Positions 8,532 through 18,885 of a DNA stretch of 53,857 bases are shown here, piece by piece (the first letter of the stretch is position 1; the number at the start of each line of letters is the position of its first letter). Below the pieces are notes generated by a model that searched no databases, was not told the DNA's origin, and worked only from the letters and a program-made list of their open reading frames with translations. Both the position numbers and the translations under genes were made by a program. This DNA is from Firmicutes bacterium UBA3576 (GTDB lineage: Bacteria; Bacillota; Sulfobacillia; UBA3569): the NCBI GenBank assembly GCA_002375895.1, contig DFND01000019.1:506-54362 (forward strand), given 5' to 3'.

Positions 8532-9659
8532 ATGCTGCCGAGTTTCGTGGACTTCACGATGAGGACGAGGTTGGTCGCGGGCCCGGGGCTGGTCCGGGAG
8601 CTGGCCACTGAGCTCGCCGGATACGAGAGGGTCCTGGTGATCTCCGACGCCCAGCTGGTGAAGCTGGGCCTGGTGCGGGAGGTTACCGAGCCCCTGGAGG
8701 CCGCGGGGGTCGACGTGGTCGGAGTCTTCTCCGACGTGCCCCCTAACTCGGAGGTCGAGGTGGTCATGGCCGGGGCGGGCTTCGCCCGGGCCAGGCAGTA
8801 CGATGCCCTCGTGGCCGTGGGCGGGGGCAGCGTCATCGACACCGCCAAGGCCATCAACATGGTGGTGGCGACGGGCCAGCACCTCCTGGACCTGCAGGGC
8901 CTGGGGGTCCTCGACGAGCCCCTGGGGACCCTGGTGGCCATACCCACCACGGCCGGGACGGGGAGCGAGGTCACCTCTCACGCCGTGATCAAGGACGCGG
9001 GGACTTCCGCCAAGCTGACCTTCACGAGCCCCCACCTCGCACCGGATCTGGCGGTCATCGACCCCGTCATGACCCGGGACCTGCCGCCGAAGCTCGCCGC
9101 CTCTACCGGCATGGACGCGCTCACCCACGCCGTCGAGGCCTATCTCTCCACCAACGCCAATCCCTTCACCGACGCCCTGGCTCTGGAGGCCACCAGGCTC
9201 ATCGCCCAGAACTTCCGCCGCGCCGTGAGGGAGCGGGACGAGGAGAGCAGGTACGGCATGCTGGTCGCCAGCTCCCTGGCCGGCGCCGCCTTCAACGTCG
9301 CCCTGGTGGGCTGTGTCCACGCCATGGCCCACGCCTGCGGGGGCCTTTACGACGTACCTCACGGCGTGGCCAACGCCATCCTCCTGCCCTGGGGCCTGGA
9401 GTTCAACAGGGAGGTCGCGGCGGAGAGGGTCGACGAACTCGGCCGCGCCTTCGGCGTGGAGGACGGAAGGCAGTTCATCGAGGCCGTGAGCTCGTTGGCC
9501 GCCGAGGGCGGCCTTCCCACCCGACTTTCCGAGGTAGGGGTTCCGCGCGAGGGCCTGGAGGCCGTCGCCGAGGCCGCGGCCGTGGACGGCGCGGTCTTCA
9601 CCAACCCGCGCGAGGCCGGCGCTGAGGACCTGTTGAAGCTATTGGAGAGAGCCTTTTAA
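8532..9659 (+). CDS. Iron-containing alcohol dehydrogenase
   Basis: GGGSVIDTAK, IPTTAGTGSEVT, GMDALTHAVEA, HAMAH, HGVANA. Confidence 0.95.
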   Translation: MLPSFVDFTMRTRLVAGPGLVRELATELAGYERVLVISDAQLVKLGLVREVTEPLEAAGVDVVGVFSDVPPNSEVEVVMAGAGFARARQYDALVAVGGGSVIDTAKAINMVVATGQHLLDLQGLGVLDEPLGTLVAIPTTAGTGSEVTSHAVIKDAGTSAKLTFTSPHLAPDLAVIDPVMTRDLPPKLAASTGMDALTHAVEAYLSTNANPFTDALALEATRLIAQNFRRAVRERDEESRYGMLVASSLAGAAFNVALVGCVHAMAHACGGLYDVPHGVANAILLPWGLEFNREVAAERVDELGRAFGVEDGRQFIEAVSSLAAEGGLPTRLSEVGVPREGLEAVAEAAAVDGAVFTNPREAGAEDLLKLLERAF

Positions 9660-9671
9660 GGAGGGGTCACC

Positions 9672-10100
9672 ATGGGAGTGTTCAAGGACGCTGCGGAGTT
9701 GTACGAGTGTATTGGCGGACTGTTCAGGCGGGGGGCCGAGCACCCGGAGATGGGCCCGAAGATCCGGGCCTCGAAGCTGATCATCAAGTTCCAGTACACC
9801 AACCCCGAGGCGCAGCTCACCATCGACGCCAAGAACCCTCCCCCCGAGGGCATGTACTTTAACGTCATCGAGGGGGAGAACGATCTCCAGGCCGACGTGA
9901 CCATGTCCATGGAGGCCGACGTGGCCCACAAGTTCTGGTTCGGTAAGCTGAACCTGGTCATGGCGCTGAACCGGGGCATGATGCGGGCCAAGGGGCCTAT
10001 CGCGGCCATCCTGAAGCTCTTGCCGTCCATCAAGCCGGCCTATGAGCTCTACCCGCAGTATCTCAGGGAGATCGGGAAGGAGGACAAGATCATGGGGTGA
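9672..10100 (+). CDS. SCP2 sterol/lipid-binding domain protein
   Basis: ADVTMSMEADVAHKFWFGKLNLVMALNRGMMRAKG SCP2 pattern. Confidence 0.8.
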   Translation: MGVFKDAAELYECIGGLFRRGAEHPEMGPKIRASKLIIKFQYTNPEAQLTIDAKNPPPEGMYFNVIEGENDLQADVTMSMEADVAHKFWFGKLNLVMALNRGMMRAKGPIAAILKLLPSIKPAYELYPQYLREIGKEDKIMG

Positions 10101-11947
10101 GGGGGTATCACGGCCGCCTGCTGGCCGTGGACCTGGACCGGGGGACGGTGGAGCCCGTCTCCCTGTCGGAGGGCTACCTGCGCCAGTACGTCGGCGGGTC
10201 GGGCCTGGCCGCCAGGCTCTACCTCGACCACATCAAGGAGGGGACCCTCCGCCCGGACCCCCTGGGGGGTGATAACCCCTTCTTCGTGATGACCGGCCCC
10301 CTGACGGGCACCGGCGTTCCGGCCGCATCGCGGTTCACGGTCGCGGCGCGCTCACCCCTCACGGGCCTATGGGGCGAGGCCAACGTGGGCGGGTTCTTCG
10401 GGCCGGCCCTCAAGGGAGCTGGCTACGACGGCATCGTCGTCACCGGCAAGTCCCCGCGTCCCGTCTACCTCGTGGTGGAGGGGGGGCGGGCCTCCCTCGA
10501 GGACGCCGGGGAGCTCTGGGGCAAGGACGCCTATGAGACGGACGACCTCCTGCGCCAACGCCACGGCGGACAGAGCCTGGTCATCGGGCCCGCCGGGGAG
10601 AACCTGGTCTCCTTCGCCGCGGTGGTCCACGGCAAGGGCCACATCGCGGGGCGGACCGGCATGGGCGCCGTGATGGGGGCCAAGGGCCTGAAGGCCATAG
10701 TGGCCAAGGGAAGCGACCTGCCGCAGCCGGCCGACCCGGTGGGCCTCAGGGCCCTGGTCAGGGATATGGTCTCCAGGATGCGCGAGAACCTGGGGGTCCA
10801 GACCTTCCGGGCGGTGGGCACCCTGGTGGGCATGGACGTGGGGTTGCACATCGGCGACGTCCCCATCAAGAACTGGTCCGTGGGCGCCTGGCCCGGGCTG
10901 GAGGACCTGGGCTCCGGGCCCTACTCCGAGCAGATCCTGGTGGGACAGCGCAGCTGCCACGCCTGCCCGGTGGCCTGCAAGAGGGTCGTGAGCGCCCAGT
11001 ACGGCGGGTACCGGGTGGAGCGGGCCCACGGGCCGGAGTACGAGACCTGCGCCTCCTTCGGGTCCCTGCTCCTGATCGACGACCTCCAGGCCCTGGCCTG
11101 CATAAACGACCTCGCCAACCGGCTGGGCATGGACACCATCTCCTGCGGCGCCACCTTGGCCTTCGCCCTGGAGGCCAAGGAGAGGGGGCTCTTGCCGGAG
11201 ATGGAGGGCGACTGGGGAGACGCGGCGGCGGTCATAGAGCTCCTACGTGACATAGCCATGAGGCGCGGCATCGGCGACCGTCTGGCCCGGGGCAGCCGGG
11301 CCCTGTCCCGTGAGATCCCGGGCTCGGAGGAATTCCTCACGACGGTCAAGGGCCTCGAGGCCCCGATGCACGATGCCCGCGCCCTGCACGGAATGGCCTT
11401 GGCCTACGCCACCTCGGTGAGGGGCGCCTGCCACATGTCCGGCCTAGCCTATAACGTCGAATCGGGCGTGGCCTACCTGCCCGAGATTGGGCTTGGGGAG
11501 GAGTACGACCAGAGGAGCGCTGAGGGCAAGGCCCGTATGGTGGCCCTGTCCCAGGACCTCGGTATGGTCTTCGGGGGCAGCGCCGTCTTCTGTCAGCTGG
11601 GGGCCGCGGGCTTCGACTCGGGGGACCTGGCCGCCGCCCTGCATTGCGTCACCGGCCGCCAGTGGTCCGCGGAGGCGCTGTTGCAGGCCGGCGAGAGGAT
11701 ATGGCACCTCAAGCGGGGCCTCGGGAACCTCTACGGCCTCACGGCGGAGGACGACCGGCTGCCGGAGCGGCTCCTCAGGCCCCTGGAGGACGGCCCGGCG
11801 GCGGGCTCCGTGCCCGACCTGGACCGGATGCTGGCGGAGTTCTACGCCATCCGCTCCCTCGGGGCGGACGGCAGGGCCACGCGGGAGAAACTGGCCGAGC
11901 TGAACCTTGAGGACCTAGCCGAATTACTGTACGGGGGAGAGGAATGA
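10097..11947 (+). CDS. aor: Tungsten aldehyde:ferredoxin oxidoreductase family protein
   Basis: GPLTGT, RSPLTG, AGRTGMGAVMGAKGLKA, CHACPVAC, PEYET, GMDTIS, RGACH. Confidence 0.95.
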   Translation: MRGYHGRLLAVDLDRGTVEPVSLSEGYLRQYVGGSGLAARLYLDHIKEGTLRPDPLGGDNPFFVMTGPLTGTGVPAASRFTVAARSPLTGLWGEANVGGFFGPALKGAGYDGIVVTGKSPRPVYLVVEGGRASLEDAGELWGKDAYETDDLLRQRHGGQSLVIGPAGENLVSFAAVVHGKGHIAGRTGMGAVMGAKGLKAIVAKGSDLPQPADPVGLRALVRDMVSRMRENLGVQTFRAVGTLVGMDVGLHIGDVPIKNWSVGAWPGLEDLGSGPYSEQILVGQRSCHACPVACKRVVSAQYGGYRVERAHGPEYETCASFGSLLLIDDLQALACINDLANRLGMDTISCGATLAFALEAKERGLLPEMEGDWGDAAAVIELLRDIAMRRGIGDRLARGSRALSREIPGSEEFLTTVKGLEAPMHDARALHGMALAYATSVRGACHMSGLAYNVESGVAYLPEIGLGEEYDQRSAEGKARMVALSQDLGMVFGGSAVFCQLGAAGFDSGDLAAALHCVTGRQWSAEALLQAGERIWHLKRGLGNLYGLTAEDDRLPERLLRPLEDGPAAGSVPDLDRMLAEFYAIRSLGADGRATREKLAELNLEDLAELLYGGEE

Positions 11948-12843
11948 GACGAAGACCTGATCACATCAAAGGACTGCGCTTCTTGGAGGTAGCGCCGGGC
12001 GTGAGCCTCTTCTCGCCCGAGCGGCCCAGCTTTCCGCTGGGGACCGGGCTTCTGGTGATGGACGATGTGACGGTGGTGGTGGATACCGGCGCGGGCGAGG
12101 CCCTGGCCGAGCTGGCCCGGGCGGTACACGTGGACCTGGTCCTAAACACCCACTTCCATCCCGACCACACCCGGGGAAACCGCTACTTCGACGCCAAGGT
12201 GGCCTGCCACAGGCTTGACGCGCCGCCGCTGCGAGACCTAAAGTCCTTCAAGGAGTACACTGGGTTCGACGAGGTAGAGGCCGAGGCGGGGGTTGACGTG
12301 CCGGCGATGGTGGACTTCCGGACCTCGCGGGTCGACCTCGAGCTTGAGGACGGCGAGGTCCTGGACTTCGGCCGCACCAAGTGCCGGGTGATCCACACGC
12401 CGGGGCACAGCCCCGGCCACGTGGCCCTGCACTTCCTAGAGGCCGACTTCCTGTTCCTGGCCGACATCGACCTCACCTCCTTCGGGCCCTGGTACGGCCA
12501 CCGCTGCTGCGACGTGGACGCCTTCCTGGAGTCGATGAACAGGGTGCTCGAGGTGCCCGCCCGGGCCCTGGCCACCGGGCACCGGGGTGCCCTGTGCGAG
12601 AGGGAGAGGCTGGTGGCCTATCGGGACGAGATCTACCGCCGTGACGAGCTCCTGCTGGACATGATCAGGGAGAGGCCGCGAGACCCGGCGACCCTGGCCC
12701 AGGAGGAGGAGCCCTTCTACCCCGCCCACCCCTTTCCCGTCCTGACCCGCTACTTCGAGAGGGTGATGGTGGAGAAGCACCTCGGGAGGCTCGTGCGCCT
12801 GGGGTTGGCCCGCGAGGAGGACGGCGTCTTCTACGCCAGCTAA
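11944..12843 (+). CDS. MBL-fold metallo-hydrolase
   Basis: THFHPDH, HTPGHSPGH, ADID. Confidence 0.9.
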   Translation: MRRRPDHIKGLRFLEVAPGVSLFSPERPSFPLGTGLLVMDDVTVVVDTGAGEALAELARAVHVDLVLNTHFHPDHTRGNRYFDAKVACHRLDAPPLRDLKSFKEYTGFDEVEAEAGVDVPAMVDFRTSRVDLELEDGEVLDFGRTKCRVIHTPGHSPGHVALHFLEADFLFLADIDLTSFGPWYGHRCCDVDAFLESMNRVLEVPARALATGHRGALCERERLVAYRDEIYRRDELLLDMIRERPRDPATLAQEEEPFYPAHPFPVLTRYFERVMVEKHLGRLVRLGLAREEDGVFYAS

Positions 12844-12865
12844 TATTTGCATATTACAAATATTA
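12841..12865. promoter_or_regulatory. AT-rich palindromic operator candidate
   Basis: TAATATTTG-N7-CAAATATTA just upstream of the etfB promoter. Confidence 0.5.
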
Positions 12866-12884
12866 AAAGGCTTAACCTTCGTAC

Positions 12885-12912
12885 TTGACAAAATTTGCGC
12901 AAAGGATATAAC
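12885..12912 (+). promoter_or_regulatory. sigmaA promoter for etfBA
   Basis: TTGACA-N16-TATAAC; TTTGCGCAAA palindrome in the spacer. Confidence 0.7.
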
Positions 12913-12977
12913 ATTGACTGGGATGGATATAGGTGGCGCCGAGCTCTCAACACTGTCGCGAGAAGGGAGAGACGACC

Positions 12978-13757
12978 ATGGAGATCGTGGTCTGCGTAAA
13001 GCAGGTCCCCGACACTGAGACGAGGATCAAGATCGATCCCGCCGGCAAGGGCATCGTCAGGGAAGGCATCGAGTACGTCGTCAACCCCTACGACGAGTTC
13101 GCCATCGAGGAGGCTCTAGTGCTCAAGGAGAAGCACGGGGGGAAGGTCACGGTCATCACGGCCGGGCCGGACAGGGCCGTGGACGCCCTGAGGACGGCCC
13201 TGGCCATGGGGGCTGACGAGGCCATACACATCCAGGCCTCTCAGGAGGACGCCGTGGACAGCATCGGCGCGGCCGAGGTCATGGCCCGGGCCCTCAAGGA
13301 GATCCCCTTCGATATCATCCTGTGCGGCAAGCAGGCGGTGGACGACGACAACGCCGCCTTCGCCCCGGCCCTGGCGGAGTTCCTGGGGTTGCCCCACGTG
13401 ACGGTGGTGACCGGCCTGGAGGTTGACCCGGAGGCGGGGGAGGCCCAGGTGGTCCGCGAGATCGAGGGCGCCCAGGAGCACATAACGACCAGCCTGCCGG
13501 CGGTCATCGCCGCCCAGAAGGGACTCAACGAGCCCAGGTATCCGGCCCTGCGGGGTATCATGCAGGCCAAGAGGAAGAAGATCCCCGTGAGTACCCTCGC
13601 AGACCTCGGACTGGAGGGCGAGACCTTGCCCGCCCGTACCGAGGTCCTGTCCATGATGCCGCCGCCGCCCAGGGAGGGCGGGGAGAAGTACGAGGGAGAG
13701 CCGGAGGAAACCGTAGCCAGGCTCATCAAGGCCCTGCAGGCCGAGAAGCTGGTGTAG
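12978..13757 (+). CDS. etfB: Electron transfer flavoprotein beta subunit
   Basis: VCVKQVPDT, NPYDEFAIEEA, ALAMGAD, CGKQAVD, LNEPRY. Confidence 0.95.
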   Translation: MEIVVCVKQVPDTETRIKIDPAGKGIVREGIEYVVNPYDEFAIEEALVLKEKHGGKVTVITAGPDRAVDALRTALAMGADEAIHIQASQEDAVDSIGAAEVMARALKEIPFDIILCGKQAVDDDNAAFAPALAEFLGLPHVTVVTGLEVDPEAGEAQVVREIEGAQEHITTSLPAVIAAQKGLNEPRYPALRGIMQAKRKKIPVSTLADLGLEGETLPARTEVLSMMPPPPREGGEKYEGEPEETVARLIKALQAEKLV

Positions 13758-13768
13758 GGGGGTAACTG

Positions 13769-14737
13769 ATGTCTGATAAGATCCTCGTAATCGCCGAGCA
13801 GCGGGACGGCCAGCTGAAGAAGCCCGCCCTCGAAGCGCTGGCAGCGGCTAAGGTATTGGGCGGCACCGTGGTGGCGCTGGTTATGGGTCAGGGGATCGGC
13901 GATCTGGCCGAGACCCTGGTGGCTCACGGGGCCGACGAGGTCCGCGTGGCCGACTCCGCCGATCTGGCGCTCTACTCGGGGGAGGGCTATGCGACGGTGG
14001 CGGCCTCCGTGGTGAAGGAGGTGGGTCCCAAGGTGGTCCTGGCCTCCGCCACCGCCATGGGCAAGGACCTCATGCCGAGGCTGGCCGCCAAGTTGGGCGC
14101 GGGCCTGATCAGCGACTGCACCTCTCTGGAGGTCGAGGACGGTAGGTTGGTAGCCACCCGCCCGGTCTTCGCCGGCAAGGCCTTCGCCAAGGTAACCACG
14201 AGCTCCGAGCCCGCCGTGGTCACCGTGCGCCCCAAGGCCTACACGCCCCTCGAGCCCGCGGAGGGCAGGGACGGAGAGGTCAGCGACGTCGACGTAGGTG
14301 ACCTGGTCATTAGGGCGATGGTCAGGGAGGTAGTGAAGACCGCCGGAGAGCGGCCCGACGTGGCCGAGGCCGACATCGTGGTCTCGGGGGGGCGGGGCAT
14401 GAAGGGCCCCGAGAACTTCAAGCTCCTCGAGGAGCTGGCTGATGCCCTGGGAGGGGCGGCCGTGGGCGCCAGTCGAGCCGCGGTGGACGCGGGCTGGATG
14501 CCGCACTCGGCCCAGGTGGGCCAGACGGGCAAGGTGGTCACGCCCGCCCTGTACGTCGCCTGCGGCATCTCGGGCGCCATCCAGCACCTGGCGGGCATGT
14601 CCCGCGCCAAGTGCATCGTGGCCATCAACAAGGACCCCGATGCCCCCATCTTCGAGGTCGCCGACTACGGCATCGTGGGCGACCTGTTCAAGGTCGTGCC
14701 CCTCCTCACGGAGGAGATCAAGAAGCTCAAGGGATAA
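13769..14737 (+). CDS. etfA: Electron transfer flavoprotein alpha subunit
   Basis: VSGGRG, ASRAAVDAGW, QVGQTGK, GISGAIQHLAGM, AINKDPDAPIF. Confidence 0.95.
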   Translation: MSDKILVIAEQRDGQLKKPALEALAAAKVLGGTVVALVMGQGIGDLAETLVAHGADEVRVADSADLALYSGEGYATVAASVVKEVGPKVVLASATAMGKDLMPRLAAKLGAGLISDCTSLEVEDGRLVATRPVFAGKAFAKVTTSSEPAVVTVRPKAYTPLEPAEGRDGEVSDVDVGDLVIRAMVREVVKTAGERPDVAEADIVVSGGRGMKGPENFKLLEELADALGGAAVGASRAAVDAGWMPHSAQVGQTGKVVTPALYVACGISGAIQHLAGMSRAKCIVAINKDPDAPIFEVADYGIVGDLFKVVPLLTEEIKKLKG

Positions 14738-14851
14738 CCGGCCGGGGCGAACCTCTCGGTTTCGCTTTGCGGAAAGAGGTATATTTGAACTTGCGTCGAA
14801 ATAAAGGTTGGGGAACCTTACCAATAGCGAGATACTGACGCAGACGTTTCG

Positions 14852-14945
14852 CCCCACTCCGGGTCGGCTTTTCGGGGAAAGCGGCACCCCGCTTTCCCCG
14901 GGGGCTAACCCGGCAGCCCTATAGGCTGAGTGGGGTTTTCTCTCT
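14852..14945 (+). ncRNA. Candidate structured RNA (three-way junction plus U-rich tail)
   Basis: CCCCACT/AGTGGGG closing stem, long hairpin with a perfect 12-bp core and G-U pairs, CAGCC/GGCTG hairpin, then TTTTCTCTCT. Confidence 0.45.
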
Positions 14946-15044
14946 ACCCCCAGATATCGGAACATTACGAAAGGGGGGAAAAGCAGGAAGAGTACGCTTT
15001 GAACGAAGGGAGCGTAGGGATTCAACCTTCCGGGAGGTGTACCC

Positions 15045-15824
15045 ATGGCTTATAACAACCTCATCCTAGAGAAGGAAGACAGGCTGGCAGTGTTGACCAT
15101 CAACAGGCCCCCGGTGAACGCCCTCTCGCCGGAGACCCTGGAGGAGATCCAGCGCGCCCTGGAGGAGCTGCGGGAGGACGCGGCCATCCGGGCCGTCATC
15201 ATCACGGGGGCCGGCGAGCACATGTTCATCGCCGGCGCCGACGTGACCGGCTTCCTGGGCATGGACCCGGAGAAGGGGCTCGGGGTTATCGAGCTCGGGC
15301 AGAAGCTCTTCTCCTCTATAGAGACCTACCCCAAGCCCGTCATCGCCGCCATCAACGGCGCCTGCCTGGGCGGCGGCCTTGAGCTGGCCATGGCCTGCGA
15401 CGTCAGGATCGCGGCGGAGAAGGCCCGCTTCGGGCAGCCGGAGATCAAGCTGGGCATCATGCCGGGCTGGGGCGGGACCCAGCGCCTGCCCAGGCTCATC
15501 GGCAGGGGGAGGGCCCAGGAGCTGTTGCTCACCGGGGAGATGATTAAGGCCAGCGAGGCCCTGCGTTACGGCCTGGTGAACCGGGTCGTCCCGGACTCCG
15601 AGCTCATGACGGCGGCCCGGGAGATGGCCAAGAAGCTGGCCGAGCAGCCGCCCCTGGCCATCGCCGCCATCAAGGAGGCCGTGGCCCTGGGCCTCGACAC
15701 CACCCTGGAGGAGGGGCTCAAGATCGAGGGCGAGCGTTTCGCCAGGGTCTTCGCCACCGAGGACGCCCTCGAGGGCATCAGCGCCTTTGTCCAGAAGCGG
15801 AAACCGGAGTTTAAGGGGAAATAA
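15045..15824 (+). CDS. Enoyl-CoA hydratase (crotonase)
   Basis: FIAGADV, INGACLGGGLELAMACD, GQPEIKLG, PGWGGTQRL. Confidence 0.95.
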   Translation: MAYNNLILEKEDRLAVLTINRPPVNALSPETLEEIQRALEELREDAAIRAVIITGAGEHMFIAGADVTGFLGMDPEKGLGVIELGQKLFSSIETYPKPVIAAINGACLGGGLELAMACDVRIAAEKARFGQPEIKLGIMPGWGGTQRLPRLIGRGRAQELLLTGEMIKASEALRYGLVNRVVPDSELMTAAREMAKKLAEQPPLAIAAIKEAVALGLDTTLEEGLKIEGERFARVFATEDALEGISAFVQKRKPEFKGK

Positions 15825-15839
15825 AGGGAGGGAGACCGC

Positions 15840-16991
<1,152 letters not shown>

Positions 16992-16992
16992 T

Positions 16993-17748
16993 ATGAGGGC
17001 CTTCGTCTGCGTCAAGGTGGGCCCGACGAGGAAAGGCGTGAGGTACTCACGCTCCCGGGGCGTCATAGACTCTACTGAGGCCGAGAGGGAGGTCTCCCTG
17101 GCTGACAGGTTCGCCGTCCAGCTGGCCAAGTCGCTGGGGCCCGAGAGGCTCACCGCGGTCAGCTGGGCCCCGGAGGAGGACGAGGCGCTGCTCAAGCAGA
17201 TGGTGGCCCTGGGGGCCGATGACGTGCTGCGGATAGCTACGCCCCTGACGGAGGAGGCGGCTCACGACCCCCTGGTGGTAGCGTGGGGCCTGGCCGAGGC
17301 CATAAGGCCCCACTCGCCGGACGTGGTGGTGCTGGGCGCCGCCTCCATAGAGCACGGCAGGGGGGCCGTGGGCCCCATGTTGGCGGAGTACCTCGACCTG
17401 CCCTGCGTCACCCAGGTGCGGTCGGCCTCGCGCACGGACGAGGGGGTGCGGCTCGAGTGCCGGGAGGGGGACTTCCTGGTCACCATCGAGGCCCCGACGC
17501 CCCTGGTGATCACCGCCCTGCCCGAGGGGGTGACCCTGAAGAAGCCCTCCATGCTCCATCTGGCCCGGGCGGCCAAGGCCGAGGTCCAGACGGTAGAGGT
17601 GGAGGCCTGTTCGCCGGTCCTCAGGCCGCGGTCCTTCCACACCACCGAGGCGCGGCGCAGGCTGCGCGAGCGCATCGAGGGCCGGGATGTGGCGGAGACG
17701 GCGCGGCTCCTGCTCTCAAGGCTGCGTGACAGGAGGGTTCTGGGATGA
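16993..17748 (+). CDS. Divergent EtfB/FixA-like protein
   Basis: VCVK, ALGADD, GPMLAEYLDLPCVTQV retained; KQVPD, NPYD and NEPRY motifs altered. Confidence 0.75.
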   Translation: MRAFVCVKVGPTRKGVRYSRSRGVIDSTEAEREVSLADRFAVQLAKSLGPERLTAVSWAPEEDEALLKQMVALGADDVLRIATPLTEEAAHDPLVVAWGLAEAIRPHSPDVVVLGAASIEHGRGAVGPMLAEYLDLPCVTQVRSASRTDEGVRLECREGDFLVTIEAPTPLVITALPEGVTLKKPSMLHLARAAKAEVQTVEVEACSPVLRPRSFHTTEARRRLRERIEGRDVAETARLLLSRLRDRRVLG

Positions 17749-18875
17749 CGAGGGTGAGAGTGAACGTCTCTAAATGTGACGGCTGCGCGGAGTGCCTCGG
17801 GGCCTGTCCCTTTCTGGCCATTGAGATCAGGGAGGGGCTCGCCGTCATAGCGGAGAGCTGTCTTGAGTGCGGCCTGTGCGTCCCCGCCTGTCCCCACGCG
17901 GCCATCGAGGCGCCCGAGGCCCTGCTGGCGGGGTCGAGGTCCGGCGGGGTCTGGGTGTTCCTGCCCGAGGGCGATGACGGGCTCGGCGCCCTCACTCCGG
18001 CGAGGGATATCGCCGATGAGCTGGGCCGTACCGTCTCGGCGGTGATGACGCGGGAGCCCGACGACCCCGCGCCCATCTTCTCGGCCGGGGCGGATGAGAT
18101 AGCGGTGCTGGGGGGCAGCGGCGCTTTGGCCAGGCGGCTCGCCGCGGCGGTCCGGTCCGAGAGGCCGGCGGCGGTCCTGGCCATGGCCTCCCCGGTCACC
18201 GACCGGGTGATGGCCCGGGTGGCCACCATCCTGGGCGCGCCCTACGTCCAAGGGGCGGACGACGTGGAGGTGCCCTTCGGGGAGACGGTGATCTACGGCA
18301 CCAGGCCCCTCTTCGGCGGACGGTTCAGGTGCACCCTGGTCCCCGACCCTTCCCGCCCTCTGGTGGCCACGCTGAACCCCGTGGCCTTCAGCCGGGTACG
18401 TGCCGACGGCGGTAAGAGGGGCAAGATCAGGAACATCGAGGTCGATGATTTCACGGACGAGGGATTGAAGTACATCGAGCGCGTGAGGAGCGCCGTGCCG
18501 CTGCGGCTCGAGGACGCCAGGGTTGTGTTGGCCGGGGGACCGGCCCTGGGGGAGGAGGGCTTCCTACGGCTGCGACAGCTCGCCGACCGGCTTGGCGCCG
18601 CGGTGGGGGCGAGCAAGGAGGCCGTGGAGGCCGGCCTGGCCGATGAGGCGGAGATGGTGGACGGGAGGGAGGTCTCCCCCGACGTGTACATGGCCTTTGG
18701 TATCGACGGGTCACCGGCCCATAACGCGGCCGTGGCCGGGAGCAAGGTGGTGGTGGCCGTCACGGAGAATGAGCGAGCCAACATCTTGGGTTCGGCCGAT
18801 TACATCATCCTGTTACCTCCCCTGAGGGCGGTCGAGGGCCTGCTTGAGGCGCTCCGGGCCCCGGGGGAAACCTGA
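17745..18875 (+). CDS. 2x[4Fe-4S] ferredoxin fused to a divergent EtfA/FixB-like domain
   Basis: CDGCAECLGACP and CLECGLCVPACP; RPLFGG, GAAVGASKEAVEAG, FGIDGSPAH. Confidence 0.75.
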   Translation: MTRVRVNVSKCDGCAECLGACPFLAIEIREGLAVIAESCLECGLCVPACPHAAIEAPEALLAGSRSGGVWVFLPEGDDGLGALTPARDIADELGRTVSAVMTREPDDPAPIFSAGADEIAVLGGSGALARRLAAAVRSERPAAVLAMASPVTDRVMARVATILGAPYVQGADDVEVPFGETVIYGTRPLFGGRFRCTLVPDPSRPLVATLNPVAFSRVRADGGKRGKIRNIEVDDFTDEGLKYIERVRSAVPLRLEDARVVLAGGPALGEEGFLRLRQLADRLGAAVGASKEAVEAGLADEAEMVDGREVSPDVYMAFGIDGSPAHNAAVAGSKVVVAVTENERANILGSADYIILLPPLRAVEGLLEALRAPGET

Positions 18876-18885
18876 GGAGGTGCCC

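Noticed and set aside
13241-15046. 601-aa minus-strand ORF, and similar long ORFs at 18970-20448, 21440-22987 and 23064-24416
   Set aside because: Antisense shadows of well-supported genes in high-GC DNA; no recognisable motifs
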